Part shown: in pieces, positions 62,566 to 64,000 of the stretch
Layout of the letters: every line of letters begins with the position of its first letter
How positions within the stretch are numbered: position 1 is the first letter of the stretch
Assembly: GCF_964213995.1 (NCBI RefSeq)
Contig: NW_027590186.1
Location: 744,001-808,000, forward strand
Origin: Mustelus asterias
Lineage: Eukaryota
Direction of reading: 5' to 3'
DNA: 64,000 nt
Program-made: the position numbers and the translations under genes
The notes under the pieces: generated by a model
Seen by the model: only the letters and a program-made list of their open reading frames with translations
The model's database searches: none
What the model was told of the DNA's origin: nothing

Positions 62566-64000
62566 CACAGACTCAATTTACATGAATAATGGTTGGAATG
62601 TGAATACTTACAGCGAATCAAGGCAGAACATTCCAGATACCAGCAGTCACTACGTTAAAAACATTTCCTCATCACAGATTCATACAGTGCAGAAGAGACC
62701 CTTCGGCCCATCGAGTCTGCACCGACACGTGAGGACCACCTAACATACCGACCTCACCCCATTTACCAGCACTTGGCCCATAGCCCTGAATGTGATGATG
62801 AGCCAAGTGCTTATCCAGCTACTTTCTAAAGGATGTGAGGCAACTTGCCTCTGCCAACCTCCCAGGCAGCGCATTCCAGACTGTCACCACCCTGTGGGTA
62901 AAACAGATTTTCCTCACATCCCCCCCAAACCTCCTGCCCCTCACCTTGAACCTATGTCCCCTCGTGACTGACCCTTCAACTAAGGGGAACAGCTGCTCCC
63001 GATCCACACTCTTCATGTCTCTCATAATCTTGTCCACCTCAATCAGGTCGCCCCCCCAGTCTTCTCTGCTCCAATGAATACAACACAAGCCGACTCAACT
63101 TCTAATTTTTAATTTTGTTTATTAGTGTCACAAGTAGGCTTGCATTAACACTGTGAAGTTACTGTGATAATTCCCCAGATGCCACACTCTGGTGTTCGGT
63201 TACACTGAGAGAAAATTTACCACGGCCAATGCACCCTAACCAGCACATCATTCACACTGTGGGAGGAAACCGCAGCACCCAGAGGAAAGCCACGCAGACT
63301 TCCGGGATCGGCGCAGACATGATGGGCCGAATGGCCTCCTGCTGTTCTGTGATTCGAGAACACCCTTTGTGTGAAGAAGTGTTCCTTAATTTCACTTTGA
63401 AAGGGTTTCAGAATATTTTTAATATTTCAGACAATGATCCCAGTCCCAGACTCCACAACCAGCAAGAAACCTTTCTCTTTCTCTATCCTATCAGTTTCCA
63501 TTATTCTCCTGACAACGTTGATCAAATTATCCCTGACACTCCAAACTTCCCGGGAATACAACCCTCGTTTGTGTCTCCATAGCTGCGTCTCTGTCACATT
63601 TAAAATACTAATGTTACCTCAGCGAGGAGACAACTCTGTCAGAAATATCTCAGTGCTGCGCTCACATCAAATGGCCACTGGGAAGAAAGGCCAAATGGCT
63701 GACTGATATTTGTGGATATTTTTCACAGATTCCCAGGGAGGGAGAGGGAGAGATGGAGAGAGGGACAGAAGACACAGACATAGAGAGTGAGAAAAAGAAA
63801 TAAACAGAATTACCTTGGGCCCATTTAGTTTCTATTTTCTCTGCTCTCCTCAACTTCTTGTCTGAACTCCACTTGCCTCCTTCTGCCCTGTAACAATTCT
63901 GTGATCCTGTGATGGGATAAACAGACCGAGGGAGGAAATATGAAGGTCCGCAGCATCTTTGAGAGTGGATTAATTGCGGGAATGAGGGATGTGAGCTCCA

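Overview
Eukaryotic, repeat-rich DNA from a cartilaginous fish, most likely a shark (CR1 LINEs, HE1-type SINEs, NAR-type V domain). The left half (about 12-29.5 kb) is part of a T-cell receptor alpha/delta locus on the minus strand. In transcriptional order it holds a complete NAR-TCR cassette (leader-V[22-RSS], [12]D[12], [23]J), its 'supporting' TCR Vdelta exon with a CDR1 cysteine, an intact but atypical TCR V gene, and two IgH-like (TAILV/VHdelta-like) V pseudogenes with 23-RSS. No TCR D/J/C exons are in the window; they would lie beyond position 1. The two most unusual observations are a 61-bp tandem array behind the supporting Vdelta that repeats its whole 23-RSS (three heptamer-23-nonamer units plus a fourth heptamer), and an apparent leader exon with promoter motifs on that same Vdelta, which is normally described as leaderless. 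The right half (about 30-64 kb) has no antigen-receptor segments that I can see. It contains a full-length but frameshifted Tx1-clade retrotransposon with a 28-bp minisatellite, a head-to-tail truncated second copy, a truncated C2H2 zinc-finger gene, mosaic local duplications carrying CTCF-like motifs, many CR1/SINE/Penelope fragments and three N gaps. Repeat boundaries are approximate. V/D/J/RSS coordinates were counted by hand.
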